A DNA stretch of 64,000 bases from Naegleria gruberi (Eukaryota): assembly GCA_000004985.1 (NCBI GenBank), contig GG738845.1; one strand, 5' to 3'. Position numbers and translations under genes: made by a program. The number at the start of each line of letters is the position of its first letter. Positions within the stretch are counted from its first letter, which is position 1. This document shows positions 35,968 to 47,211 of this stretch, one piece after another. Below the pieces are notes generated by a model that did no database searches, was not told where the DNA came from, and saw nothing but the letters and a program-made list of their open reading frames with translations.

Positions 35968-36672
35968 TTATTTGACGGAGAGAGTCTTGGCCTTTTCGAC
36001 AGCCTTCTTCTTAATATTGTTGGCAAAAAGATCAGAACCATCCTTAGATACATAACCAATGAATAATGGATATAATTCACTCTTTGCATCTGGGAACGGA
36101 TGGCTAGGATTCTTCAAGAAAGCATCAGTGGCATCTAGTTTACCACCAGCATATTTCAAAATAGAGTCCTTTCCACCAGGGTGATTCTTCAAGAATGAAG
36201 TAACATTATAAACACGATTGAAAACTATGATCCAACAATCATCAGCCTTGTCATGTTTAGCAATTTCTGTTGGAGTGAAGAACTTGCTGTGCTCTTCTTC
36301 ACGAAGGGTACCAACAATGTAATCTTCAATTTCAACAAAGGCTCTTTCTGGATGTTGAATTCCATAGAAACCACCAGTAGCATCACCACCAGAATTACGA
36401 ACAATAACATCGCCACCAGGATGAGATGGTGCAAATTTAGTCAGATCATAGACTTTGTTATCAATAATAACCCACAAATCATCCATAGAGTTGTGTTCGG
36501 CAACTTCTTTACGGGTAATTCCCATTCTATTTGTGTGTTGAATTTCATCAACTTCATTGGTTGCGCTTTCATCAGCAGCTTCCTTGAAGAAAACAAAATA
36601 AATGACAACCAAAACAAGACCAACAGTGATGCCTAGACCAATTGGAGAGGTAAGAAGAGCAAGTAAAGACAT
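35968..36672 (-). CDS. membrane-anchored protein with two tandem cytochrome b5 heme-binding domains
   Basis: There is an N-terminal TM helix, then two cyt-b5 cores with HPGG motifs ('FAPSHPGGDVIV...', 'FLKNHPGGKDSILKYAGG'). Confidence 0.7.
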   Translation of the reverse strand: MSLLALLTSPIGLGITVGLVLVVIYFVFFKEAADESATNEVDEIQHTNRMGITRKEVAEHNSMDDLWVIIDNKVYDLTKFAPSHPGGDVIVRNSGGDATGGFYGIQHPERAFVEIEDYIVGTLREEEHSKFFTPTEIAKHDKADDCWIIVFNRVYNVTSFLKNHPGGKDSILKYAGGKLDATDAFLKNPSHPFPDAKSELYPLFIGYVSKDGSDLFANNIKKKAVEKAKTLSVK

Positions 36673-36862
36673 TTTTTTTGTGTGGAGTTTTTTGATTCAA
36701 AAAGTAAATGATAAAAAGAGGAGTGCGAATATCTTTGTAAAAAGATGAGATTAGGTGAAACCATTCAGTTTCTAAGAATTTGTTAATAACAACGTAATGA
36801 CACTTATTTTTATTACTGATATTAAACAGAGAATTAGAAATTGCTGAATAGTTTGAAGTGTG

Positions 36863-36909
36863 TTTTGGCGCTAATTATCAGGATCTTGTTTGAAAAAATG
36901 GCGCCAAAA
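36863..36909. promoter_or_regulatory. two E2F-like GC boxes (TTTTGGCGC and the palindrome TTTTGGCGCCAT in reverse complement) in the divergent promoter between the cytochrome-b5 gene and the SPRY gene
   Basis: 'gttttggcgctaatt' (36863-36871) and 'aatggcgccaaaat' (36898-36909) are the only GC-rich motifs in an otherwise >75% AT intergenic region. They match the E2F consensus TTTSGCGC. This is sequence pattern only, with no functional evidence. Confidence 0.2.
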
Positions 36910-36929
36910 TACTTACATTTACAAAAAAA

Positions 36930-39285
36930 ATGAAGAAGCAACACCACGCCTACACACTGAGATGTGATGACAAATATCATCGATTGGATATTAATATTGT
37001 TATATCCCACAAATTTTTAGAACACAACAAGAAATCATGCTTGGAACACCCATTAAGGCATGAGTTTTGCATTGAAGAGGACAAATTCTTACTTTTCATG
37101 GAACACAGAGGAAGAATTAATGATGATGATGAAAAAAGATCGACTGTGTCGGAACTTATTCAAGAGTATAGAGAAGAACGTAAAAAGAATCCATCACTCT
37201 TTAACAAGGCTGATGTTGATGGTAATCTTCTGAGGGATCGATTGGCAGCTTTAAAAGAAATGGGCCTTCGATACCAAATATTATACACAGAAATTAGTGA
37301 AGAAATTGAAAAAATTGTAAGTTAAGATTGAATGTTGATATTGAACAAATCAGAAAGAAGAAATGGAAAAGGAAAAAACTGAAGAGGAGAAGTTGATTAG
37401 AATTAAAAAACAACGAGAGAAGAAGGTTGTCAATTCTAAACTTCCCATCAATCGACAACAAACCATAATCTACTCTTCAGAACAAAGAATACAATTCAGT
37501 CCAAAGGTTGAAATTACAGTATCAGGTAAAAATTTTGGACCAACTGTGCTCACCAGTAGAGAAAAATATCTAGCTGACACCTCTCCGGTGCTAATGGTAT
37601 GTTTTTCAAATCTTTTACACTAATTTTTGAAAAGAAAATATTGGAAGAAACTCTCGAAAAGCAAAACGAATCTGAAGAAAAATTTAAACAAATTTCTTTT
37701 CATGAGCTAGATAAGCAGTATAAGGATTTCAAGTTATATGATTGTTTCCATCCAGACACATTCAAGAAATTTATATTATTTGCCGAAAATCCCAACCTCA
37801 AACAAAAATACCATTCAATATTAGAAAGGCAGACAGAAGTAAACACTGAAAATGAGAACAATATTTCAGAAGCCATAAAACGATTGCAAGAGGTAAAAGA
37901 AAACCATTTAAAACGGTTCGAAGAAAACATTTCACGATATAAGAATGAATTAGAACAAACACTGGAGAAATGTAAGGAGTTTGATATGGAAAAGCTTAGA
38001 TTATTATATGAAGTTCACAAGTATAATGAGCTTGAAAAAGTTGACAGCCTATTAGAGGCAAGAAAGAAAGATATTGAGGCTTTCTTTGAGGAAGAAGAGA
38101 AGAAAACAAAAGAATTGTATGCAAAACAGCAAACTTCAAGAAGAACTCAAATATCAGGGGACTTGGTTAAATGTGAAAAACTATTGAGTGAAATTTTTCC
38201 CTCTGAAACAATTGTTCCATTATTGATTCTATCAGATATTTTGGAAGTTACAGAATTGAAAAATTATTGTATTCAAGCTGTTACTGAAAAGTTTGGGGAG
38301 CATGTTTATAAGGAGGCTCTTGGTTCGAGAATTATGGCAGAAACAATGACACAAATTTTGAGTCAATTACCTGTAGAAAAATTGAAAGAACTTAAAACTA
38401 CATATGGATTTCATTTCCAAAGATCGGCTGTTGAGAAGGAAATTGATTACAGGAAGGGAATGTTTGCAGATGAGTATAGAGAAAAATCAGTGGAGGAATT
38501 AATGCTTTTCCTTAAAAGAGGTGTAGTATTTCCAGATGTTTTAATGGCAGAGCTAGAAAAAAGAAAAGAGAAGAAACCATATGTTTCCCTCAATACTGAG
38601 CGTTGCTCCCCATTTTTGTTAATTGATGATGATTATTTGACAGTACATTTAAAAGGGCAAAAGAGATATTCTTGTGTTCATGCTTCACATTCGCTCAATT
38701 TTCAAGGGTGGGCAAAATGGTATTTTGAGGTATCAATAGAACAATTTGATGAATCATTTGGATCAAGCATTTCAATTGGGTGGGATGTTGAGAGAACTGG
38801 GTGGGATGGGCCTATTATTGGTCTCACACCTGGTTACAGATCTCAATTTGGATACAGTTGGCAGTCTGATGGGTGTAAGTAGTCATTAATTAAGTTTATA
38901 ATGAAAAATCAAAACAGTACTTCATTTCTATGGAAAGGGAATGTTTATAGGAACTAAGTTTGTTGCTGGAGATGTGATTGGATGTGGAATCAATCAAATT
39001 AAGAAAAAATTGACATTTTACAAAAATGGGGAAAAGATAACCCTAATTAAAAAAGAATCTAACAGAAGGGTTCAGGAAATCAAATATATCACTATTCAGG
39101 ATGAGAGTTACGAATTATTCCCTGCAGCATGTTTGTATTCAACAAAGAAAAATTCTGATTGTACAGTGAGATTTAACTTTACAGGACCATTCATTGGACA
39201 ACCAAAACATTATGAAGCTTATGGAAGTGAGAGACAAATCTTGAAACAACAAAAACAAATCAAACAAGCACTTCAACTTAATTAA
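36930..39285 (+). CDS. SPRY (B30.2) domain protein of about 745 aa, 4 exons, with a coiled-coil/BACK-like middle region
   Basis: Exons are 36930-37316, 37354-37596, 37635-38874 and 38918-39285. Introns 37317-37353 (GTAAGT..CAG), 37597-37634 (GTATGT..AAG) and 38875-38917 (GTAAGT..CAG) have compatible phases, and total CDS length is divisible by 3. The SPRY signature 'WYFEVSI...ISIGWD...GDVIGCGIN...LTFYKNGEKI' is split across the last intron. The ORF track shows four separate ORFs. Confidence 0.55.
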
Positions 39286-39455
39286 AAAAAAGCTTTTCTT
39301 CTTTTGAGGTTTTAAGAAGAACAGACATGAGTATTTTTCTGGCCACTTTCTTATTAAACGACTTGAGGGGCGCTGTGCTTATTCCAGCCAAAAATTTTGT
39401 AATGATGAGCCGTACTGTTGTTCTCGTTTAGTGGGATAGTTTTAAAAATATTTAT

Positions 39456-41059
39456 TTAGAGTTTTTTCCAGATGGTCTTAACTTCCATGAACAAGTCAAC
39501 TCCAAAAGTACTTAATTCAACAGCAATACCAGACTTTTTACGGGTTGGCCATGGGCATTGACAGAGACAAGGTTGAGAGGCTGTAAAAAATTATTGGAAT
39601 AATTCAATCATGTTATAATTAATAAAAACTTACAATTCAACCACAAAGAACCAACAACCAATTGACGTCCAACACGTTCTAATCTTTCATCACTTCCTGA
39701 CATGACAGCAGCGGCCAAACCATATTCAGTATTGTTGGCCATTCTAATAGCCTCTTCTTCAGTTTCAAATGGTACACCAACACTCAAAACAGGACCGAAA
39801 ATTTCTTCCTTCCAAATGGTCATATCTTCAGTAACGTTGGCAAAGATGGTTGGGGCAACAAAGAATCCCTTAGTTGGATCTTGAGCAGCAGCCTTTTCTG
39901 GTCTACCACCACCAACAAGACAAATAGCACCTTCCTTCTTGGCAGTTTCAATATAATTCATAACCTTATCATATTGAATCTTTGATACTTGAGCACCATG
40001 AGAAACAGACTTGTCAAAGAGAGAATCACCAGTAACAATCTTTCTAGTTCTTTCAACCAATTTATCCATCAAAGATTGATAGATAGACTTGTGAACTAAG
40101 AGTCTTGAAGTGGCAGAACAAATTTCACCCTTATTAGCAAAAATACCTCCAACAATGGATTCAACAGCCAAATCAATATCACAATCTTCGAAACAAATAA
40201 TTGGACTCTTACCACCCAATTCCAAATTACAACGAGTCAAATTTGGAGTACAAGAGGAAGAAACTTTCAAACCAGTTGCCAATGAACCAGTGAATGAAAC
40301 CTTCTTAATACGTGGATCACTTGTCAACAAATTACCAATCTTGTAACCATAACCAGCAACAATATTAATAACACCTGGTGGGAAGATATCCTTAATATAT
40401 TCACCCAAAACAAGAGTGGTCAAACTAGTATATTCAGATGGCTTGAAAACACATGAACAACCAGTAATCATTGCAGGACCCATCTTCCACATTAATAATA
40501 ACAATGGATAATTGAATGGCAAGATTGAAACACAAGGTCCAACAGATTCGAAAACAATACGATTGGACAAACCATGTTTTTCACTTTCATGATGTTCATT
40601 GGTGTAACCATCCAATTTCTTTTGAACATATCCAGCAAGTGATGCATAATATCTGAGAGTATTACAACACTCATCAACATCAGCTAATGATTCAAAATAT
40701 GTTTTACCATTGTTTTGAGTTTCCAAAGTGGCCAACTTTTCCATATTTTCTTGCATCTTATCGGCAAGTTTGTTCAAGCAAGCAGCTCTATTGAATATTA
40801 GGTTATCAAAATATTACACTTATTAACACACAAACCTTTCGGAAACTGGTGTATTCTTCCATCCTTCAAAAGCATTGACAGTACTTTGAACAGCAGAACG
40901 AACTTGTTCTTCAGAGGCTTGAGTGATCAAACCGATTACCTCTTCGGTGCAAGGATTGACAACAGGAATATACAATTCATCTTGACTTGTTGTTCCTTCC
41001 TCAGATTCTCTTGAAACAAATTGGTTGTTGATGAGGGAGTGATACTTTGTAAGAGACAT
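39456..41059 (-). CDS. aldehyde dehydrogenase (NAD(P)+) family, 500 aa, 3 exons
   Basis: Exons are 40836-41059, 39634-40787 and 39456-39580. Intron 40788-40835 is GTTTGT..TAG, phase 2, and splits an Arg codon. Intron 39581-39633 is GTAAGT..CAG, phase 1. The spliced product has ALDH hallmarks ('ELGGKSP', catalytic Cys region 'GEICSATSRLLVH', C-terminal 'PWPTRKKSGIAVELSTFGVDLFMEVKTI') and the canonical ~500 aa length. Confidence 0.85.
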
Positions 41060-41397
41060 TGTGATGCGTTTTTTTATTGGTGGATGAACCGGTTGGAATG
41101 GTGAGACGAGTTTAAAAAGAGGCCGAGGCGAAAATTTCACAGTGTATGATGATTGGATGCACCTAGACAGTAACTCAGAGTTACAGTTTACAAAGAGTTG
41201 TAGGTTCATTATTCATTTGCCCTAAGAACTACTACACCTTTAACTTTAACAAGAGATTAAAAAGGAATATCTCTTTAACAATTTAATTTAAAGAATCTAA
41301 TATGCAAAAACAGTCACAAACATTGGTGTTTTCTTTCACCACTAACCAATAAGGGATATTAATACAACAAAAAGATTTTTTTTAATAAATATAAAAA

Positions 41398-42518
41398 ATG
41401 ACATCACCAGTTACCAAACAATTTCCGAATCTCTTTTTTGATTTACATTCAAATGAAGAGGAACTCATTGAACAGATCAGGTTTGTAGATTTTAAATTAT
41501 CTTTAATCACCTTTACAGACATGAATTTACCACTAACTTTTTTGAAAAAGTTTCCGAGGTTAAAATCAAAAGATTAACAGGAGGAATAACAAATAGAATT
41601 TACAAAGTGGATGTCAATGATAAACAGGTTTTATGTAGAATTAATGGATTATGTACAGAAAAAATAATTGACAGAGATGTAGAACTTTTCCACATGCAAG
41701 AAATGCACAAACACGGTCAAGGCCCACAAGTCTATTGTGTTTTTAAAAATGGTTACGTTTATGATTTTATTGTTGGAGAATGTACATCTACTGCTGAATT
41801 AATGGCTGATAAAGCTGAAAAAATAGCTGAAAAGCTTGCAAATTGGCACAAGATGCAAATTGACAAGGAAGATAGAGCTCCAGTACTTTGGAAGCTTATT
41901 AACAAATGGTTAGATAATACCAAAGCTTTTGAATGGAGTGGAGAAAAGAAAGTCAATTTTGAAAAATGTAGGTTCGACATGGTTGTAGAACAATGTGAAA
42001 GGTTACAAAAAGAAATTTTTGCCAGTAAGCCTAACACTGTTTTGGATCCCAAGGATTTAAACCAAGTTTTGGATTTATTTTCTATTGGTTTTTGCCATAA
42101 TGACTTGTTAGCCCTCAATGTATTGTACAATAAGGATGATGACTCTGTACATTTCATTGATTATGAGTATTGTGGATATAGTTTCAGAGCTTTTGACATT
42201 GGAAATCATTTTGATGAATATGCAGGATTCTCATTAGATAAGAAAGACTACCCAAGCACTGAAATTCAAACTAAATTTATCAGAAAATACCTTGAAACCT
42301 TGTATGAAGGTCCTCCAAGTGATATATCTGATCACCATGTAGAAAAGTTCAGAAATGGAGTTACATTGTTTGCTTGTATTGGTCATCTCTATTGGGGTGT
42401 TTGGGCTATTAGTCAAGCATATTACTCAGATATTGATTTTGATTATTTACAGTATGCAAAAGGAAGATTTGATTGGTATTTTGAAGAAATACAAAATGTA
42501 GATTTTGCTAATTTGTAA
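41398..42518 (+). CDS. choline/ethanolamine kinase family protein (about 360 aa), 2 exons
   Basis: Exon 1 is 41398-41480. The 38-nt intron 41481-41518 is GTTTGT..ACAG, phase 2. Exon 2 is 41519-42518. The product carries 'RLTGGITNRIYKV' (ATP-binding loop) plus the Brenner motif 'FCHNDLLALNVL' and 'IDYEYCGYS' typical of choline kinases. Confidence 0.75.
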
Positions 42519-42559
42519 TATCAGAAATAATAATAAATACTAAAAAATATTATGAAAAA

Positions 42560-43300
42560 ATGAACAATAATGTTTCCTCTGTAACACTACATCGACATGA
42601 GGACGAAGAAGATGAATCCAGTAATATTTTGGAGGAAATATCAAGAGTACAACATTTTACTAACGAACCTGAGGTGGAATACGATAGGTTTCCTTCTGGT
42701 TCAAGTATTTCTCTGCCTTCTCAACATTACGGAACAAGCAACGAATTGAAACATAATTCTCTTTTAATAACGTCAAACAAATTATTTCAAGCCAATAAGC
42801 CCCATAAACTGCAAAGAAATGCTGTGATTTCCAATGCTTTTACTTGTGCCATTTCAGTTTTGTTAATAATATTATGCATTATTCTTCCGTTTATTCCTTT
42901 TTATCAATTTATTGATATTAGCACTACATATTATGTCACCTCTTTTATGATTGTATTTTTGCCAGTATGTGTTGTACTTTTTGTGACAAGTATTATTGGT
43001 ATGATAACTTTCAAAACGAGTAAGGACTACATCAAGAGCTTACATATTGGATATATTTGTTCTTTATTGTTTATTGTCTTTTTGAATTCAATCTCTATTG
43101 CAATAATGTTCATTTCAACAGAACCAAATTATCACTTTAATAGCTATTTGAGTTTATCTGTTTCTGTTGTTGTTCTGAATATTCTTATTGCTACTTGGTC
43201 AACAATAATGATAGTCATCACAATTATTAGAATGAGGAAAGAATCGTTTGAATATCAATATGGAAAACAGGCAAAGCCTCAGGTTAATCTATTAATTTGA
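42560..43300 (+). CDS. hypothetical polytopic membrane protein (246 aa, about 4 TM helices)
   Basis: ORF with an acidic N-terminus followed by four hydrophobic ~20-aa segments. It sits only 41 nt downstream of the choline kinase stop. Confidence 0.35.
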   Translation: MNNNVSSVTLHRHEDEEDESSNILEEISRVQHFTNEPEVEYDRFPSGSSISLPSQHYGTSNELKHNSLLITSNKLFQANKPHKLQRNAVISNAFTCAISVLLIILCIILPFIPFYQFIDISTTYYVTSFMIVFLPVCVVLFVTSIIGMITFKTSKDYIKSLHIGYICSLLFIVFLNSISIAIMFISTEPNYHFNSYLSLSVSVVVLNILIATWSTIMIVITIIRMRKESFEYQYGKQAKPQVNLLI

Positions 43301-43326
43301 AAAATACATAGAATTTTGGAAGTAGA

Positions 43327-45561
43327 TTAATCGCCAGGTTTTTTATGGAATACAAGAGAGAGCTCCCAAAGCTCATTGGAACGTTTAGTATTTTGTGTGC
43401 CACCAAAAAAGTAGGTTTTTGTAAGCTTTTGTAAAGAAATGTCAGCAGGCATTCTCAACATTATTGGATCGCTATTTTTGTCTTGATTTGCTGGATGCTC
43501 GTGCAAATATTTGGAAACTTGATGTTTTGCTAAGGATGATAAATGTTGCTTTTCGAAAGGCCTATAAGTATTGCAAGAAATATGAGAATAAAAATCTGAA
43601 GCAGCCATATGTTTGTATCGATGAGTTGGTAGATCAGTTGTGCTGTTCCAATTATCTGAAATATCAATCCAAACATTTGCTAATAAATCCAATAACCAAA
43701 CTCTGTCATTGATTTTTCTTGTATTTCCTTTCAATCCTCCAAATACCATTATTCTATTTCCCCAAACGGTTGCAGAATGACCATACAGAGAGCCATCCTT
43801 GAATGGTCCTTGAATTTTTGGTATTTTGATCTCTTGCCAAAAGAAAGACCGTGTGTCCAACGACCAAACAGAATCTTCAATTTCATTGGCACCGTTCATT
43901 CCTCCAATAATGATTATCTTTGAATCAATGACACTTGCTGTATGCAGAAATCTGGGTGATGGTTTTGGTAATACGGGAATAAGGGGAATCCAGAAATTTT
44001 GAGACCTACTGAAAACATACAAGTCATCTAATGCTAAAAAGTTCGACCCTTCTCCTCCATGAATAAACAATAAATCATCTTTCACTGCACACACTGAATG
44101 CATTCTAGGTGTTGGTTGACCTTTTACACCATTACTGTTCGATTTGCTTAAGCATTTCCAAATAGGAAATGGATCAGGTTTAAATATCCATAAGTCATTA
44201 TATAGTGTTCTACTATCAGAATCACCTCCTCCAAAGATGCACATAGTATTCGAATCAAAAACACCAGCACAATGCCCAAAACGTTTTTCTGGAATGCTGT
44301 GGTTATGCAATGGGTCAATCATAACCTTCATCCATTTTTGTAACCCAACCTCAAACAACCATGTCTCACTAGAAGAACCACAATTTGTAGATCCTCCAAA
44401 TAAACACAATTTTCTTTTGGAAGGAAAAGCTATTAGTGATCCCGAGTTTGTTGGAGGAGGAGATTCATTGAGCATTAAGCTATCCATTGTTTCAAATTCA
44501 TAACGTTCTCCAAATTTAGTTCCAACAGGTTTTTCAAGCGTTTTCTTTGATTCTTTCTGAATAACCTTTGACCATTTAACACTATTCATTGATGCTTCAA
44601 TAAAACTATGATTAATTTGAGTGTCATTGACACTTGGGGAGATTTTACCTTCAAGATGATTTGTTAGAGAAATTGTATGGGAAAATAAATTACGGAGGGA
44701 GTCTCTAGAAAGAGGATTGCTAGGGACATGGGAAAGAGTGGAATTTAAATTGATCTTATCCATCAAATTGGAAGAGTTAAGGTCAGTAACGGTTTTTTTT
44801 AAATCCCCTGATTCTTTTCTTTCCAATTTTTGGGTGGGCACTGCATTAGTTGTTTTTCTTGGCTCTAATTTTAATAGGGTAAATCTCCCACTATTAGATA
44901 GTGTTTCAATTTCTATTGGGACAGTATTGTCATAGGAGTTTTTTGTGGTCCATGCTTGATCTTTGAAAGACCTATTCATTGGGCTTTTAGAGATGAGAAC
45001 CACTGAAGAAGAGTTGCTTTCCGGGATTTTTATGGGTTCGGGAGCTTTTGCATGGTTATTTTTCTTTGAAAGAGAGGAAATTTCTAGCTCACTAAAAGGT
45101 TCAGTAGGTTTTTTCCTGAATGAGATTGAGTTTTCATTATTTGGCTGAAAACTAACATCCTTCTTTCTAATAGGACTGAGAGGAGTTTTCTTGATAAACG
45201 TTTCTTCCTCAATAACTAGTTGAGGTGATTTACTGGTCGATCTTCTGTTGTCACCTTTAGGTGAAGATATGGTTAAACCAAATAATCCTTTCTTTTCAAT
45301 TTTAATAGGATTTAATTTTTCATCATTTGTTTGCTTGTTTTTTTCTTCATCATTTTGAAAACTGGACCTTAATTGATTCCTTTCATTCCGATTATACTGT
45401 CCACTTTTCCTGTTGTATTCCATCTCCACCCGTTCATCATTGTTACTTGCATCCAGAAAGATATTTCCAACTTGAATTGTTGGATTTCCACTCGGAGGTC
45501 TAATATCAAAATTACCGTTGATTGAGGGATGTTTCAAACTTGATGAAGACCTCTTTCTCAT
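43327..45561 (-). CDS. Kelch-repeat (beta-propeller) protein with a long Ser/Asn-rich N-terminal region, 744 aa
   Basis: The C-terminal half has about six Kelch-like repeats with GG doublets and W/Y anchors ('LCLFGGSTNCG...WLFEV', 'MCIFGGGDSDSRTLYNDLWIF', 'LLFIHGGEGSN...LDDLYVF', 'IIIIGGMNGANEIEDSVWSLD', 'IMVFGGLKGNTRKINDRVWLLD'). Confidence 0.65.
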   Translation of the reverse strand: MRKRSSSSLKHPSINGNFDIRPPSGNPTIQVGNIFLDASNNDERVEMEYNRKSGQYNRNERNQLRSSFQNDEEKNKQTNDEKLNPIKIEKKGLFGLTISSPKGDNRRSTSKSPQLVIEEETFIKKTPLSPIRKKDVSFQPNNENSISFRKKPTEPFSELEISSLSKKNNHAKAPEPIKIPESNSSSVVLISKSPMNRSFKDQAWTTKNSYDNTVPIEIETLSNSGRFTLLKLEPRKTTNAVPTQKLERKESGDLKKTVTDLNSSNLMDKINLNSTLSHVPSNPLSRDSLRNLFSHTISLTNHLEGKISPSVNDTQINHSFIEASMNSVKWSKVIQKESKKTLEKPVGTKFGERYEFETMDSLMLNESPPPTNSGSLIAFPSKRKLCLFGGSTNCGSSSETWLFEVGLQKWMKVMIDPLHNHSIPEKRFGHCAGVFDSNTMCIFGGGDSDSRTLYNDLWIFKPDPFPIWKCLSKSNSNGVKGQPTPRMHSVCAVKDDLLFIHGGEGSNFLALDDLYVFSRSQNFWIPLIPVLPKPSPRFLHTASVIDSKIIIIGGMNGANEIEDSVWSLDTRSFFWQEIKIPKIQGPFKDGSLYGHSATVWGNRIMVFGGLKGNTRKINDRVWLLDLLANVWIDISDNWNSTTDLPTHRYKHMAASDFYSHISCNTYRPFEKQHLSSLAKHQVSKYLHEHPANQDKNSDPIMLRMPADISLQKLTKTYFFGGTQNTKRSNELWELSLVFHKKPGD

Positions 45562-45593
45562 AATTTTTTTGTTGATTTTGAAAACTGTAGATT

Positions 45594-46037
45594 TTGGCGG
45601 TTCAAAAACAAAAAATGCAACAAGATCCCAATCGTAGGAACATCACTCGTCATTACAACCCAAAGGAAACATGTTATCATCTTATCGGAGACTTTAAGTT
45701 GCTTTCTCCGTGGAATAAATTTAAAATTAATATTATTCAGCTTAGAGCAGAGTGGGGTATACTTTCCCACAATCTATCACAACAACAAACGTTACATAAT
45801 AATTATAAATTTTCTGATCCACACCACAATGTGGCTTGGAGAGAGATGTATCATCCACAAGTAGTGAAATCAATGAGAAATAGAGTCAAGACTTGGATTA
45901 AAATTACTTCTTTTTTTTCAGCAATTTCTCTCTTTGTGGTCTATCCTATTGTTGAAAAAACTTTAGAAATTGAAAGAAAGAGGAGAGATCTTTTCATTTC
46001 TCAAAGAAATACCTTCATAAAAGAGAAGTCTCTTTAA
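45594..46037 (+). CDS. questionable ORF (147 aa), hypothetical
   Basis: ORF only. It contains rare codons and starts 32 nt from the divergent Kelch gene start, so either its start or its reality is doubtful. Confidence 0.2.
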   Translation: MAVQKQKMQQDPNRRNITRHYNPKETCYHLIGDFKLLSPWNKFKINIIQLRAEWGILSHNLSQQQTLHNNYKFSDPHHNVAWREMYHPQVVKSMRNRVKTWIKITSFFSAISLFVVYPIVEKTLEIERKRRDLFISQRNTFIKEKSL

Positions 46038-46240
46038 TTTTTTAATGAAATAATCAAAATAGAAGGTGATTAGTGAAATCTCTCTTTGCACCTATGGTAA
46101 AAAACGAATTTAAATGATGTAAATTCTTCTTCAACAATAAAAAGCAAATATTGTTTCAAAAAAAAATTCGAACATTTCACCAAGAAAAAACGGAATTTGA
46201 AATCGTGACAATTGCTTTTAATATTTGAAAATATAACACA

Positions 46241-47149
46241 ATGGCTAGTGATGAATTAATATGGTCAATTTTAGACAAATCATTTTGTTCATTTAAGAAC
46301 AAGGCAACCGATAAGAATATGTGCACAAATCCTATGAATGTGGATGGTCAATGTAGAATGGTTTATTGCCCATTAGCAAATAGTAAATATTCAACAGTAG
46401 TTGAAAAGAAAGGCCGCTTGTATCTATGTATAAAAACACCGGAACGTATGCACTTACCAAGTAAAATGTGGGAAAAGATTTTAATTTCTGATAACTATCA
46501 ACAGGCACTGAAGGATATTGATTATCATTTGCAATGGTGGGATCATCAAAAGATTAACAGAGTAAAGAAAAGATTTACAAAATTGTACTTGGTACTGAGA
46601 AGAATGAGAAAACTTAGAAGCAAAGTACAACACAAGATTAAGACCGTCAATAGAACCTTGGAAAAGCGATTGGAAAAGAGAGAAAAGAGAGCTGAAGAAG
46701 TTGCCAGAATTGAACATACAATAGAAAGAGAATTGTTGGAAAGATTAAGAAATGGTGTGTATGGTGATCTCTATAAGAAGAAGATTAAACAAAATGAAAA
46801 AAAGAAGGAAGAAGAAACAGAGGAAGAATATAATATTGATTTGGTTGCTGACTCCGATGATGAAGATAATTTTGACCCAGATAATCTGAATAAGTTTGAA
46901 TTGGAAGAAGAGAATGAACAAGATATCGAGGATATGTATGCTGATTTAGAAAATAGTTACAGTGACGATGACAACACAAGTGTTGGATCTTCTGCATCTC
47001 AGGCTGATATGGAAGATTTAATGAAAGATTTACAAGACTCTGATATTAGAAAGAGAAAACGTGACAATAGCCGATCCAATTCAAAGAAAGTCAGATATGA
47101 TTATGAACGGGAATACGAACAAGTTTCAAACTCTAATTTACAACATTAA
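46241..47149 (+). CDS. mak16: MAK16 ribosome (60S) biogenesis protein, 302 aa
   Basis: The N-terminal 130 aa align with MAK16: 'IWSILDKSFCSFK', 'CPLANSKYSTVVEKKGRLYLCIKTPER', 'RFTKLYLVLRRMRKL' versus yeast 'IWDTLGNKQFCSFK', '[27 protein letters not shown]', 'RFTKITQYLIRIRKL'. The acidic C-terminal tail is typical. Confidence 0.85.
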   Translation: MASDELIWSILDKSFCSFKNKATDKNMCTNPMNVDGQCRMVYCPLANSKYSTVVEKKGRLYLCIKTPERMHLPSKMWEKILISDNYQQALKDIDYHLQWWDHQKINRVKKRFTKLYLVLRRMRKLRSKVQHKIKTVNRTLEKRLEKREKRAEEVARIEHTIERELLERLRNGVYGDLYKKKIKQNEKKKEEETEEEYNIDLVADSDDEDNFDPDNLNKFELEEENEQDIEDMYADLENSYSDDDNTSVGSSASQADMEDLMKDLQDSDIRKRKRDNSRSNSKKVRYDYEREYEQVSNSNLQH

Positions 47150-47211
47150 ATTGATTATTTTTAATTTCAAAATACATTTGTTTTCATTATTTTGTTGAAC
47201 TTAAAATTTTA

